The notes under the pieces are model-generated. The model had not been told where the DNA came from, searched no databases, and saw only the letters and a program-made list of their open reading frames with translations. 64,000 nt of DNA from Pavona decussata (Eukaryota), in NCBI GenBank assembly GCA_977016875.1, contig CDRNST010000090.1, positions 2,976,001 through 3,040,000 on the forward strand, given 5' to 3'. The position numbers and the translations under genes are program-made. This document shows positions 49,660 to 62,897 of the stretch, one piece after another; the first letter of the stretch is position 1; the number at the start of each line of letters is the position of its first letter.

Positions 49660-51860
49660 CATGAATCGACGAGACAACTAGTCAAAAAGAAGGTCAAGAA
49701 GGCAACTGAGGTGTTCCTTACATCGACAGAAGTCAGAAAGCGGTCCATGAACAGCATCTTCCAATACTTCTCCTCGTGGTTCCGCTTAAAGAAGTTTTTC
49801 GCGTGGATGGTGCGTTTCCGTGTCAAGTTACGAAATGCAGTCGAACAGCGCAGGACTGGTCGCATAATTCTCACTGAGAACTCCAAGACAGATCCAATTA
49901 CCCCTGATGAGTTGGAAAGTGCTGAGAGGGAAATAATCAGACATGTCCAAAACGAGAGCTTTGAAGAAACGGTCTGGTTCCTCAGTTCCGATAGGTGAAG
50001 GGGTGAGGAAACGGCATATTAAGAAAACCAGCAAGGTCATCAAGTTAGATCCTCGATTATTAGACGGCGTTTTGCGCGTCGGAGGGAAGCTAGGCAATGG
50101 GCCTTTTCAACCAGAGTCAAAGCATCCTATGATTCTACCCAAGTCTCATCATGTCGTCACACTAATTATTCGTCACTACCATCAGGTATCTGGGCACTCA
50201 GGGGTAGAGTATGTTCTTAGCCTGTTAAGAGAAAGAGTTTGGATCATTGGCCCCAGGGCTGCGGTACGAAAGTCTCTCCGCTCTTGTGTCTATTGCAAGA
50301 AAAGACAGGTCTGGGTTGGCGAGCAGAAGATGGCAAATCTGCCTAAAGACAGAATCACACCAGACAGGCCCCCGTTCACCCATGTAGGCGTTGTTATGGA
50401 GTTCTCTACACGTGCTTAGTGGTACGCGCGATACACATCGAAGTTGTCCACAGTTTGGATACCGATTCCTTCATAAACAGCCTGCGGCGTTTCATGGCCA
50501 GGAGAGGGAGTCCGGAGCGCATAAGGACTGACAATGGCAGTAATTTTGTGTCTGGGGAAGCCGATCTAAGACGTGCCATTAGCAACTGGAATCAAGATAA
50601 GATAAGGAATTTCCTTCTTCAAAGGAATGTGGAATGGCGTCCAACCCCCCGGGTGGCGCACACCATGGAGGAGTATGGGAACGTTGCATCAGAAGTGTTC
50701 GGAAGGTGTTAAACCCTTTGGTTCGAGGGCAATTGCTTGACGACGAATCGTTGTCAACGCTTATGTGTGAAGTGGAGTCGATTGTTAACGGTAGGTCCTT
50801 GGCTAAGGTTTCTGACGATTCCCGCGACCTCGAGCCTCTCACGCATAACCACCTTCTCTTTCTACGGGCTGGCCCATCGCTACCACCTGGGGTCTTTGCA
50901 CTTGAGGATCTTTATTCCCGTCGTCGATGGTGCCAGGTTCAGTACCTGTCTGATGTGTTTTGGCGCAGGTGGACGAAAGAATATCTTCCCGGTTTACAGG
51001 AGAGGCAAAGGTGGACCAAGCCGCAACGAAATTTTCAAGTTGGGGACATTGTACTCATTGCTGACGAGAAGACTCCAAGAGGGCTATGGCCTCTTGGTCG
51101 CAATGTCAATGTGAAAACAAACAGGAACGACGGATTCGTAAGAAGCGTCATGCTGAAGACCAGACCTACGATACTAGAACACCCTTTTGACAAGTTAGTC
51201 CTGTTGGAAGCAGCAGTGTCTCAAGAGGATAAATCACCGGAGCAGGACGTTCAATGAATAATTTGTCCAAAGATGAACTTGAAATTAGGAACTGTATGAC
51301 TATTGCAACCAGCATCTGCTTAGTCTATAGTTTTTTTAATCCGCCCTCTCTTCTCAACTGTGTAAATGCTTAAACTTCGCATTTAGGGGTCGGAATGTAG
51401 GATTTAAACGTAAAAAAAAATTCCTTTTACTCCAGATTTTTCTTGCTCATTATGCTTATTATGCTTACCACGCATTCCCCCGGCGCTGCATATTTTAGTC
51501 ACCTTTGCTTGTACTTTAGGTTTTTGGGGCCTCAACCACTCATTATAATTTTCTCGTTGTCAACGCTCTTTGTCAGATCGATTTTCACGAGACTTCTCAT
51601 CCTTCTACGCCCGATTCATTTTTTGGTTGTGTCCCGGAAAACATTTGTAAGTGCGCAGTTTGTCAGTTGTTATTTCTTGTCTTTTCCCCTTCTAATTATT
51701 TATGTTATTTCTTGCTGTAGTCGTACCATCACGATCATCATCATTTACTTAACTCTTCAACAATTTACCGTTCTTGGCCTTCGCCATAACTTCAATTTCA
51801 AGAGTAGATGCGTTCGAATTCCAGCGCAAGACCAATAAAGTTCACTGATTAGTTGTATTG
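49660..51860 (+). mobile_element. Bel/Pao integrase fragment plus partial LTR (from 51396)
   Basis: Paralogue of 7180-9445 with different disabling indels. Confidence 0.9.
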
Positions 51861-51869
51861 CCGTCTCAG

Positions 51870-52957
51870 TGTCAATTACAGCCAGAGCTTGACAAACAAG
51901 TTGAAAAGTTAATCAGAGCCTGCTACCCATGCCAACTGGTTGGACCCAGACCAAAACCAGAGCCGATAAGGTCTGCACCACTACCCCAAGGACCGTGGAG
52001 TGAAATTACTATCGACTTACTAGAGAGGTTGATTATTATTCAAAGTGGCCAGAAATAGCTTGTCTGACCAAGACTGTTATCAAATGTATGGAGAGCATGT
52101 TTCGCACTCATAGTTTGCCTGAAACATTCAGGAGTGATAATTATAATGGTCCACCGTTTGCGGCCCGAGAATTTGAAGGATTCTTTGAGTACTTAGCAAT
52201 GGATGACAAGAAAGACATCCCATATTGACCTCAAAGTGATGGTGAAGTAGAGAGGCTCAACAAAACCCTCATGAAGGCAATCAGAATAGCACAGCTACAA
52301 GGCAAGGATTGGAAAAGATAAGTCCAAGTCTTTCTTTTCCAGTATCGTAGCACTTCCCATACTGTCACTTCACTGTCTCCAGCTGAGCTTCTTATGGGAA
52401 GGAAACTAAGAGATAAGTTGCCTCAGGTTCAACCTCCTCGTGAACAAGCTACTGGAGCAGAGTGGCAAATTCTTCTCAGAGAAAGGTATGCCCGCAGAAA
52501 GCTAACAGAGAAAGTGTATGCTAATTCAAAGAGACATGCAACGACAAATGACATAGCAGAGGGCAACCTGATCCTGCTACGTCAGAACCGAGAAAACAAG
52601 TTGTCTCCAAAGTTGGAACCGGAGCCATATCGGGTCGTGGAGAAGAATGGAAATGCCGTTGTCATTGAGAATTCCGCCGGCCAGAGCAAAATGAGAAATG
52701 CTGGTAACATGAAGAAATTTGTAGACCGAGGAACTGAGAGGGGTGCTACAGAAACCAAGTTCCCCGCTCCATCAATAGCAACTGATACGCCTAAGGAAGG
52801 TGTTACTTTCAAGCAAGATCCAGTAGGTGGATTTCAGCAAAATTCCCAACCACAAACTGTACCTCCTTTGCTGAGTCCAGCTCCAGAACAGCCACAGAGT
52901 CGTCTGGTTAGGAAAAGAGAAACCCCCAAGTGGATGAAGGACTTTGTTTGCAAATAG
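51870..52957 (+). mobile_element. Gypsy integrase fragment
   Basis: Paralogue of 9460-10530. Confidence 0.85.
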
Positions 52958-54255
52958 CGACTGAACTCTTCAAGACTGTTTATCATGTATCTATTGCTGA
53001 CATTTTTATTCAATCGCTTTGAGACATTAGACTGTTAGAGCCCAGATTAGTTCGTCTTATTTTATTAGACTTTATGGGAATCTTTATTAAGTTGGAGAGG
53101 GATGTAGTGTATGCCCATATATGGTATTTCCTTATTTGGAAATGAACATGTGTTTTTGTAAGAGGACGCCATCTTGAACGGGGAATTAAAAACGTTGTGT
53201 TGTTTACCTGTCTTTGTTTGATCCGCAAACGCTACAGATCCGCGGCACGTGACATGCTCTGCCCCAATGGGAAAACGTATTTGATTTGGGAGGTATAACA
53301 ATTGCAGTTATTTACTTGCTATGATTCTCTGTATCTCTGGGGCACTCGGCCGCTTCTGATAACTCTGTTATGTAGTCCTTAGGACTGGATAAGAGATAGG
53401 TATTCTTTATAAATAAATCTCTATTAAACAGAATGTATATTGTAGTTGCGAAAAAGGTTTTTTCTTATTTTGAATTTTGGAAGCAGCAGGCGGTATGTTG
53501 TCAACCCAGGGTTTTCAATTTCACTGAAAGTTGTTGCGCGATCTAACTGTCTAATAAGCTTTTTTCCTAAAGGGTAAAAAAAAGTTTGCAGGAAGTAAAG
53601 AGTTTACTTTTCGTAAAATGGTCTATTTTAGTTTTAACCACAATTTCGAACGGGCTTTATACGTTTATTTATTTCCTTTTTGTGACTGAGCGGCCAATTT
53701 GCATAGTTAATTCTTTGACTCGCGTGATATTTAACCGTCTGTTATTAAATGACTGTAAGTAAATTTAACATCTCTCCATTTTGACTCGCAACAATATAAT
53801 TTAACATGAAATTATGGCCACTTCTTCCTATCTTTTAAAATTTCTGCTTCAACTTACGGTATCCACATGCGCTCACAGAGTGCATATATTTTCTTATCGT
53901 TCGCGAAAAGCCTCGTTGGGGAAGTTCATTAAAGTGTGCATGTATGTATCGTATGTATTCAAAATTTACTTGTCGTTTCCGCTTGCAATTTGCTCCGTTT
54001 TAAGGCAATATTTAAATATAACGAATTTTTCCAGCTGGCATTATATACATTAGTAATAAGGCTGACAGTTTTAAAACAACGTAAAACTGATACCGCTTTT
54101 TATTAAGTGTCAGTCTCCGAAAATGGATACTTAGTTGGCACCGATATTTCCCTGATTCAAACACACGCTTCATCCGCGTAAAAGCAAGCAAATGGCAGTG
54201 GGGAAAAGTTAGTGATCCAAAGAGAGGAAGTCGAAAATACTCGACCTACTTTGCC

Positions 54256-55263
54256 ATGTTACTGTTCGAAAAGAACTGCTCCGATATTCCTCCTCCGATG
54301 TCCCTCTCGTTCCTCACGACGATCATTTCTATCGTCCTGATCTTCTTTACAGTGCCAACCAACTTTTTAATATGCCTAGCGGTGTTTAAAGAGCGTAAAA
54401 TCATTCTTCGAAACGCGTTCAACTGCCTGGTGGTCAACTTAACATTCGCCGACCTCGTTGTTGGAGTTGTAGTGTTGACGATTTCTACCTACGTTCACAT
54501 GTTAGAAGCAACAACAAACCATCCTAATTTACCAGTTCTTTCAGTGCTCCACATTTCTTATTTAATTTGCTGTACTGCCTCAACGCTCAGTCTGACAGCA
54601 ATGGCAGCTGAACGATACATCGCTGTTGTCCATCCCGCTATCTACAGAAACATGATAAAGCAACGACACGCTCTCGTATCTTCTGTCTTAATTTGGTCTG
54701 TATCCATCGCGTTGCCGTTAGCTCTTTATTTCCAAGTCGGTTTCATTAAATACGCTTTCATTTTTGCCAATACAACTATCGTTGTGACGTTGGTGATACT
54801 TTTCTTTTCGTACATCTCCATTTATCGCAAGCTCCACGAGCAGTTTAAAACGTTATCGCAAATACAATCGGAAAGCGCGCAAAGGCGAGCATTGGAACAC
54901 GAGAAGCGCATCATGAAGACGTTTGTTCTCATACTGACGGCGTACCTCATTTGCAACGCGCCGTCATGCGTTATGATCTACATTTTGAACTTCTGCCGAA
55001 GTTGCAGCTGCATAACAATTCACTGGCTTAGAGATCTTCAGTTCGTCTTAATTTTGATCAACTCAAGTCTGAACCCTTTCTTTCATGCCTGGCAGATTCC
55101 TAGCATCAGAAATGCTTTGTTAGCGCATCTTCCTTGCAAAAGAGAAAACAGACGTTTGAGCCGGGTGTCCCCCGATCGGCCAGTTGCCAATAATGGATGC
55201 GAACGCATAAACAATTTGTCAGGAGTAGCTAGGACTGAAGGGGTGACAGAAACAAAACTCTAG
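54256..55263 (+). CDS. Class A GPCR paralogue 3 (335 aa; NPxxY changed to NPFFH)
   Basis: gccATG, LTFADL, ERY, CNAP; tail ends TETKL. Confidence 0.9.
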   Translation: MLLFEKNCSDIPPPMSLSFLTTIISIVLIFFTVPTNFLICLAVFKERKIILRNAFNCLVVNLTFADLVVGVVVLTISTYVHMLEATTNHPNLPVLSVLHISYLICCTASTLSLTAMAAERYIAVVHPAIYRNMIKQRHALVSSVLIWSVSIALPLALYFQVGFIKYAFIFANTTIVVTLVILFFSYISIYRKLHEQFKTLSQIQSESAQRRALEHEKRIMKTFVLILTAYLICNAPSCVMIYILNFCRSCSCITIHWLRDLQFVLILINSSLNPFFHAWQIPSIRNALLAHLPCKRENRRLSRVSPDRPVANNGCERINNLSGVARTEGVTETKL

Positions 55264-55830
55264 TTTGCAAAATACTACATGTTTTAAAGTAGGAATCTTG
55301 ACACAAACTTATTAGGCTAATCGGAAAACAAAAGAAAATGCTCAAGCTAACAATGCCAAGAAGTCCTGAATATGAGGAAAAAGACTTAATTGCCAAACGT
55401 TACACTGTATAGCGCGACTGGGAAGGTCAACATAAAGTTTCAAAATGAAATGCTTTTTTTTGCCAACACGCACTCGCAACAGAAGTGAAAATATTAACCT
55501 GAGAAAAAAGCAGCCATGTTTATACAACAAGGAACATTCACGAGATCGAGGTTTCGGTAATAAAGAATTGTTTTTGCGATGCTTTGAAGTTTAATTTTTT
55601 AAACTCAGTTATGTCACCACGAAAGTGGAGCGCAGAAAAGTTGTTCTAAAAGCTTCAGGGCGGCTCTTCGTCATTAGACCCGAAAAACATTGTGATCAAA
55701 CGGAGAGGCCTGGAGTAGATCAATGAAGTGTTCCTGTCTAAGTGAAAAAAAAAACTCTCTTCTTTCTGTTGTTGACAATGTTCATGCCTGTATTGCGATG
55801 AGGACGTAAAGCAGTTCACCAAACTATATC

Positions 55831-56262
55831 TATGTAACACCTCCTTGATTTTGAGCTAGAAGTGGGTGGAGGCGAAGTCAAAGATGGAAAAGCAATCTTC
55901 GGCAATGCCTGAGGATTGTTTTTCCATCTTAGATTCCTCCTCCACCTGCTTTCAGTTCAAAATCATGGAGGTGTTACATATTTATTGGGAGAAACCCACA
56001 CTTAACAGGCAAATGTAATTTCATGTAAATCTTTCGCTAGCTATTTAATAATGTTTGTCTACTCAGTATGTATTTTCTGTTCCGTTCCTTTGTGATCGTC
56101 ACCCCGTAATTAGCTGTATTTTTACTTTTCTTGTAACGTTGTAATTGGTTGGTTGTTCTATATTTCTTGTCATGTCAGTGTAATTAGCTATATTGTATAC
56201 TTCTTGTATTTATTTCACACTCACTAACGACTGAAGATAAATGAAGTTTAAATTCGAAACTT
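55831..56262 (+). mobile_element. Penelope-like 3' remnant, copy 3
   Basis: Paralogue of 13386-13830. Confidence 0.6.
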
Positions 56263-58668
56263 TTTTTCTTTAAGAAAATAAATTAAAAATTATTTCAGTC
56301 ATGCCAGCTGACTCTACGAAAATAGCAATTTGATTATCAAGAAGAATATTGTTTGACGGAGAGCTGTTTAGAATTAACGTGAAACGTATCCTATGTAATA
56401 AGATGCATCATAAAAGTTGCTTCTACTATTTGGTCCCTTGCACAGCAAACATTTTATTATAGAAGTTCTCACATTTTGAAACCATAGTTTGAATTAAAAA
56501 TGTAGAATCAAAACGTTTGTGCCATGTTCCTTTTAGAGAAAGACTGCTTACAGTTCAATGCAACAATTATTTCTTGTCTTTCTGATCATTTGTCCCTCGG
56601 GCGGAATACCAACCAACTTTTAATCCTGCTTAATTGTGTACAAAGGGCCACAAGAGCATTTCCCAAATGCTCGGTGAAACTGACAACTTTGCAATGGCTG
56701 AGATCGTTCTCAGAGTTTTTGTGCTTTTATCCGTGGACGTAGCCACTAAACATTTTTAATAAACCAAAAGTACATTTTTATTATGAAAAAAAAAAAAAAG
56801 ACATGATGGCACCATGCACAACTAAAACTATCCCTCAGTTTCCTGGTGGTTGTTGTTGTTGTTGTCCAAAATGGCGTCGGTTGTGAAGCGTTCGCGAACG
56901 GTTTGCTTTTAGCGCATTGAGGGTTCTGGAGCTGTTACAACAAAAAGATGATACCAATGATAGCATGTCGGGAGGCAAAGAAAGCGATCGATATCGTCAG
57001 CTGCAGTATACAAGCGACAGATCAAGGTACGAGTTAAGTATAATCTGTACCGCGTGACTGTGTTATTGCGTAAGCACATATCTAAAATGCAATGAAATGT
57101 TATTTATATTTCGAAACCTTGCTTCTTCCTTCGGATAAATGTCTGGATTTATATTTGAGTAGAGGGACCTCGATCTATTTAAAGGAAAGGGGTTTTCTAG
57201 CTGCTAGGTATTTCCTTATATATGACATATATTGAGAGTGAAATACAATTGTATGTTCTACGTGTTCAGTCTGTAATTTTTAACAATTTGAAAATTTTTG
57301 AAAATAGAAGTAAATGTGAAATAAAGTTGTTGTTGTTGTTGTCGCTTTGATCGTGAGCTTACACAGCGTTTAGTCAAATATGGCCTGATTTTAAGCTGCT
57401 ATCAGCTTCTTGTTTGCGTGGGGCTGCTACCATGTATGGACTTCAGCTTAGTGATTGCAAACGCTTCGATTCACAGTGCGGTCAAGGCTATAAAAATTAT
57501 GCAATTGAAAACAAGAAACTGTACACAAGAGTTATGACAGACATTCAGCACCACGTACTTGTTTTAGTTACTCCCTCCGCACTTGCTTTAAACCAAAGTA
57601 TTGGAAACAACTCCAGGAAATTCTCCTGGCCAGAAAATGCTACAACATAAGATGTTTTCCACAATGCTGATATACTTAATTTTCTTTGACCGTTTATTTC
57701 AAAGTGGGTTGTGCGGCGCACCACAAGTCCTGGTGGAGGCCGATTCAAGACCATTTTCACAAGCTGCGTTTCACCAAAGTTTTTGTCAACGACTTTTTAA
57801 TTCTTTCTAAAATGCTTTCTAAATGTCAGTTTACTGATTTAAGAAGTATTTGATTTGTAAGCTGGAGCTTTTAAATGGACAATAAAGCTGCAAAAAAGTT
57901 TTTATCCTTTTATCTTTATTTTCAGTTTCACAGGATAATTTTTTTTTTCAGTTAATACCAACCTAAAAACTTTAATAATGAACACTGAACAAATGAAATG
58001 AATCTAGCAAGCAAACGGCAAGCGTTCAAGGCGTTGATCGTTGTCTTTTTTAAAAGCTTTTAAAACAGCTTGGATGTCCGGCTGAAAACAGTTAATGCAA
58101 AATATATTTTTGCCTATGTTGAAGTGTCTTGACAAGAACAAACATATAAAACCAATCCAAATGTTTTAACTCGGTGTAGCACACATTTAAACACCATTAA
58201 ACAAAGCTTTCATGATAGACTAACCAAATGTTAAACATATTCTCTCCTAATATGATAGCGCTTGAGTGAAAAGAAACGAGCAACGCGATCTGAGTTTCTG
58301 ATAAGCTTTTTTTCCTAAAGGCTAAAAAAAGGTTGCAGGAAGTAAAGAGTTTACTTTTCGTAAACTGGCCTATTTTAGCTATAACCACAATGTCGAACGG
58401 GCTTTCTACATTTATTTATTTCCTTTTTGTGACTGGGCGGCAAATTTGCATAGTCAATTCTTCGACTCGCATGATATTTAACTGTCCGTTAATGACTATA
58501 TTAAGTAATTTTAACATGTCTCCATTTTGACTCGTAACAATATCATTTAACATGAAATTATGGCTACTTCCTCCTATCTTTCAATATTTCTGCTTCAACT
58601 TACGGTATCCACATGCACTCACAGATAGCCTATATTTTCTTATTGTTCGTGAAAAGCCTCATTGGGGA

Positions 58669-58840
58669 NNNNNNNNNNNNNNNNNNNNNNNNNNNNNNNN
58701 NNNNNNNNNNNNNNNNNNNNNNNNNNNNNNNNNNNNNNNNNNNNNNNNNNNNNNNNNNNNNNNNNNNNNNNNNNNNNNNNNNNNNNNNNNNNNNNNNNNN
58801 NNNNNNNNNNNNNNNNNNNNNNNNNNNNNNNNNNNNNNNN
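58669..58840. other. Assembly gap
   Basis: N run where paralogues carry a (tatg)n repeat. Confidence 0.99.
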
Positions 58841-59146
58841 CTCGTTTCCGCTTGCAATTAAAACTTGTTTTGACTTCAATATCTCTTCCGTCTTAAAGCA
58901 ATATTTAAATATATGGACTTTTTCCAGCTGGCATTATATACATTAGTAATAAGGCTGACAGTTTTAAAACAACCTAAATCTGATACCGCTTTTTATTAAG
59001 TATCAGTCTCCGAAAATGGATACTCAGTTGGCACCGATATTTCCCTGATTCAAACACGTTTCATCCCTGTAAGAACAAGCAAATGAAGGTGGGGAAAAGT
59101 TTGTGATTCCAAGAGAGGAAGTCGAAAATTCTCCATCTACTTTGCC

Positions 59147-60154
59147 ATGTTACTGTTCGAGAAAGACTGCTCCGATGTTCCTCCTCCGATGTTCCTTTCG
59201 TTCTTCACGGCAATCATTTCTATCGTCCTGACCTTCTGTACAGTGCCAACCAACTTTTTAATCTGCCTAGTGGTGTTTAAAGAGCGAAAAATACTTCTTC
59301 GAAACGCGTTCAACTGCCTGGTGGTCAACTTAGCATTCGCCGACCTCGTTGTTGGAGTTGTAGTGATGACGATTTCTACCTACGTTCACATCTTAGAAGC
59401 AACAACAAACCATCCTCATTTACCAGTTCTTCCAGTGGGCCCCATATCTTATTTTATTTGCTGTACTGCCTCAACGCTCAGTCTGACAGCAATGGCAGCT
59501 GAACGCTACATCGCTGTCGTCCATCCCATCATCTACAGAAACAGGATAAAGCAACGACACGCTCTCGTATCTTCTGTCTTTATTTGGTCTGCATCCATCG
59601 CGTTGCCGTTAGCTCTTTATTTCCAAGTCGGTTTCATTAAATACGCTTTCATTTTTGCCAATACAGCTATCGTTGCGACGTTGGTGATATTCTTCTTTTC
59701 GTATATCTCCATTTATCGCAAGCTCCACGCGCAGTTTGAAACGTCATCACAACTGCAATCGGAAAGCGGGCAAAGGCGAGCATTGGAACACGAGAAGCGC
59801 ATCGTGAAGACATTTGTTCTCATACTGACGGCGTACCTCATTTGTTACGCGCCGTCAAGTGTTATAATCTACATTTTGAACTTCTGCCGAAGTTGCAGCT
59901 GCATAACAATTCACTGGCTTAGAGATCTTCAGTTCGTTTTTATTTTGATCAACTCAAGTCTGAACCCTTTTCTTTATGCCTGGCAGATTCCTAGCTTCAG
60001 AAATGCTTTGTTAGCACATCTTCCCTGCAAAAGAGAAAACAGACGTTTGAGCCAGGTGTCCCCCGATCGGCCGGTTGTCAGTGATGGATGCGAACGCATG
60101 AACAATTTGTCAGGAGTAGCTAGGACTGAAGGGGTGACAGAAACAAAACTCTAG
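59147..60154 (+). CDS. Class A GPCR paralogue 4 (335 aa, all motifs intact)
   Basis: gccATG, LAFADL, ERY, CYAP, NPFLY and TETKL tail. Confidence 0.94.
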   Translation: MLLFEKDCSDVPPPMFLSFFTAIISIVLTFCTVPTNFLICLVVFKERKILLRNAFNCLVVNLAFADLVVGVVVMTISTYVHILEATTNHPHLPVLPVGPISYFICCTASTLSLTAMAAERYIAVVHPIIYRNRIKQRHALVSSVFIWSASIALPLALYFQVGFIKYAFIFANTAIVATLVIFFFSYISIYRKLHAQFETSSQLQSESGQRRALEHEKRIVKTFVLILTAYLICYAPSSVIIYILNFCRSCSCITIHWLRDLQFVFILINSSLNPFLYAWQIPSFRNALLAHLPCKRENRRLSQVSPDRPVVSDGCERMNNLSGVARTEGVTETKL

Positions 60155-60754
60155 TTTGCAAAATACTACATGTTTTAAAGTAGGAATCTTGACACAAACT
60201 TACATACATAATTGTCTCATTCCTTCGATGATTGCCTAATCGGAAAACAAAAGAAAATACTTAAGCTAAAAATGCCAAGAAGACCTGAACTATGAGGACA
60301 AAGACTTAATTGCCAAAAGTTACACTGTATAACGCGACTGGGCAGGTCAACTTACAGTTGCAAAATGAAATCCTTATTATTTTGCCAACACGTACTCGCA
60401 ACAGAAGTGAAAATATTAACCTGAGCAAAAAACGCAGCCGTGTTTGCACAACAAGGAACATACACGAGATTGAGCTTTGGGTGATAAAAAATTGTTTTTG
60501 CGATACTTTGAAGTTTAATTTTTTAAACTCAGTTATGTCACCACGAAAACTGGAGCGCAGAAAAGTTGTTCTAAAAGCTTCAGGGTGGCTCTTCGTCATT
60601 AGACCGGAAAACCATTGATATCAAACGGAGAGGCCTGGAGTAGATTAATGAAGTGTTCCTGTCTAAGTGGAAAAAAAACTCTCTTCTCTCTGTTGTTGAC
60701 AATGTTCATGCCTGTATTGCGATGAGGACGTAAAGCAGTTCACCAAACGATATC

Positions 60755-61190
60755 TATGTAACACCTCCTTGATTTTGAGCTAGAAGTGGGTGGAGGCGAA
60801 GTCAAAGATGGAAAAGCAATCTTCGGCAATGCCTGAGGATTGTTTTTCCATCTTAGATTCCTCCTCCACCTGCTTCCAGCTCAAAATCGAGGAAGTGTTA
60901 CATATTTATTGGGAGAAACCCATACTTAACAGGCAATTGTAATTTCATGTAAATCTTTCGCTAGCTATTTAGTAATTTTTGTCTACTCAGTAATTTTCTG
61001 TTCTGACGGTTCCTTTGTTATCCTCACGCCGTAATTAGCGAAATTTTTACTTTTCTTGTAACGTTGTAATTGGTTGGTTGTCATATTTATTGTCATGTCA
61101 GTGTAATTAGCTATATTGTATACTTCTTGTATTTATTTCACACCCACTAACAACTGAAGATGGATGAAGTTTTGTTCGACACTTTTTTAC
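60755..61190 (+). mobile_element. Penelope-like 3' remnant, copy 4
   Basis: Paralogue of 13386-13830. The GAAA core is mutated to GACA. Confidence 0.6.
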
Positions 61191-62691
61191 TCTAAGAAAT
61201 GTCGTAACCTTCATAAAAATTATTTCAGTCATGCCAGCTGACTCTACGAAAATAGTAATTTTCATTATCAAGAAGAATATCGCTTGACGGAGGGCTGTTT
61301 AGAATTAACGTGAAACGTATCCTGTGTAATAAGATGCATCATCAATGTTGCTACTACTATTTTGTTTATTTTATTATTAAACAAACGAGATAGAAGTTCC
61401 CGACATTTTGAAACCATAGTTTGAAATAAAAATGTAGAATCAAAACGTTTGTGCCACGTTCCTTTTAGAGAAATACTGCTTTCAGTTCATTGTGATAGTT
61501 ATTTCTTGTCCAAACAGGCGTGAAGAGAGACTTAAGCAGCAAAAAGAATGGAAGAAAGGGCAAGTAATGCTGTAACTACAACGCGACAGGACGTGAACGC
61601 CGATAAAGCAAGTAATCCCGCAAATGATGTGAGAGAGCGACTAGGGGTGTACCAAGTGTGAGCGAAAGTAGACCAGAGCTGTACGGACTCAAGGGCCGAC
61701 TTAATAATTAGTAATTAGGCGATTAGTTGTAATTGACTCATCTGAATTTTCCTTTACACACAAAAACTATTGTGGTAAAGAAAATTGTATTCCGCTGTTG
61801 AAGAATTTGACAGTGTAAATGTACATTTTGGATTATGACACAATCACGCGCATAAGAGGACGCTAGCGCCCTCTGCTGTTAGTAATGTGGAGCAGAATTT
61901 ACTAGCATCCCTAACATACCCTTTTTGAGGACACACGGGGATTATTCCGTTTTGAGACCACAAAGTTGTCATAATCTGTTTTAATGTCTACCAAAAGAAT
62001 ATGATCTAACTTAAATCATCGAGCAAATTATACGTTTTCTGAAATAAAGTACAATATTTTCTCGGACTGTAGTCTAGAGGGCAGACATAAGTCAAGCGTC
62101 AGATCCCGTGGCATTTGGCGGGCGGTCCTGTTGTGACTAATTGTATCTTTTCACCTATTGTCTGCGATACCAGATACACTAATTGTTTCGCGGTTTTCCG
62201 AAGAGGCTAAAAGAACCTGAAAATTGAATACAACATTTGCACCAGAAAAAACAAGTCAACTTCTAGACTAAAGCAAAATTCACACGCACTTTTCCATAGA
62301 AGAAACACCAGACTGGCCCCGCAGAACAAGGCTTATTTTTTGTATGTGTTTCACGGGCGAGCACAAAAGGCGAGGTGAACGCGCACTACGAGTCACGCGC
62401 GACAGGAGTGATTAGAAGAAAAGAATATACATGTATATACATACTTCTAATTTGTTCCATCGTATTAACGATGCTACAGCAAACTGTATAAGGAAGGGAC
62501 AACCTTCAGTCTTGTGGAAAATTTTATTTCATGTTATTTTAGAGCGTGTCTGTAACGGGGTGTTATTCACCGCTCTGATCGATACAAATTGACTGATGGC
62601 TGGCTGCACTGGTCACTACATTGTTACATCATACCATTTAAGGTAGATTCCAACCATCCTGATATATAAACATATAAGTAGCCGCATTAAT

Positions 62692-62897
62692 AGTGTTTTT
62701 TAATGTTACATCAGACCGTGTGAGGTGTGACACCCGCCGTTCTGATGGATAAAAAATTAAAGGCTGAGTTGCTGTATTAGCGTTTTTTATGTTACATCAG
62801 ACCGTATAAGGTGTATCACCCGCCGTTCTGATAGATAGAAATTATAAAGCGCTGAGTTTCTTTATTAGCGTTATTTTTTTTATGTTACACGAGACCA
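62692..62897. repeat. About 86-bp tandem repeat, 2.3 copies
   Basis: tag(c/t)gttttt..atgttaca.cagacc recurs at about 62692, 62778 and 62866. Confidence 0.75.
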
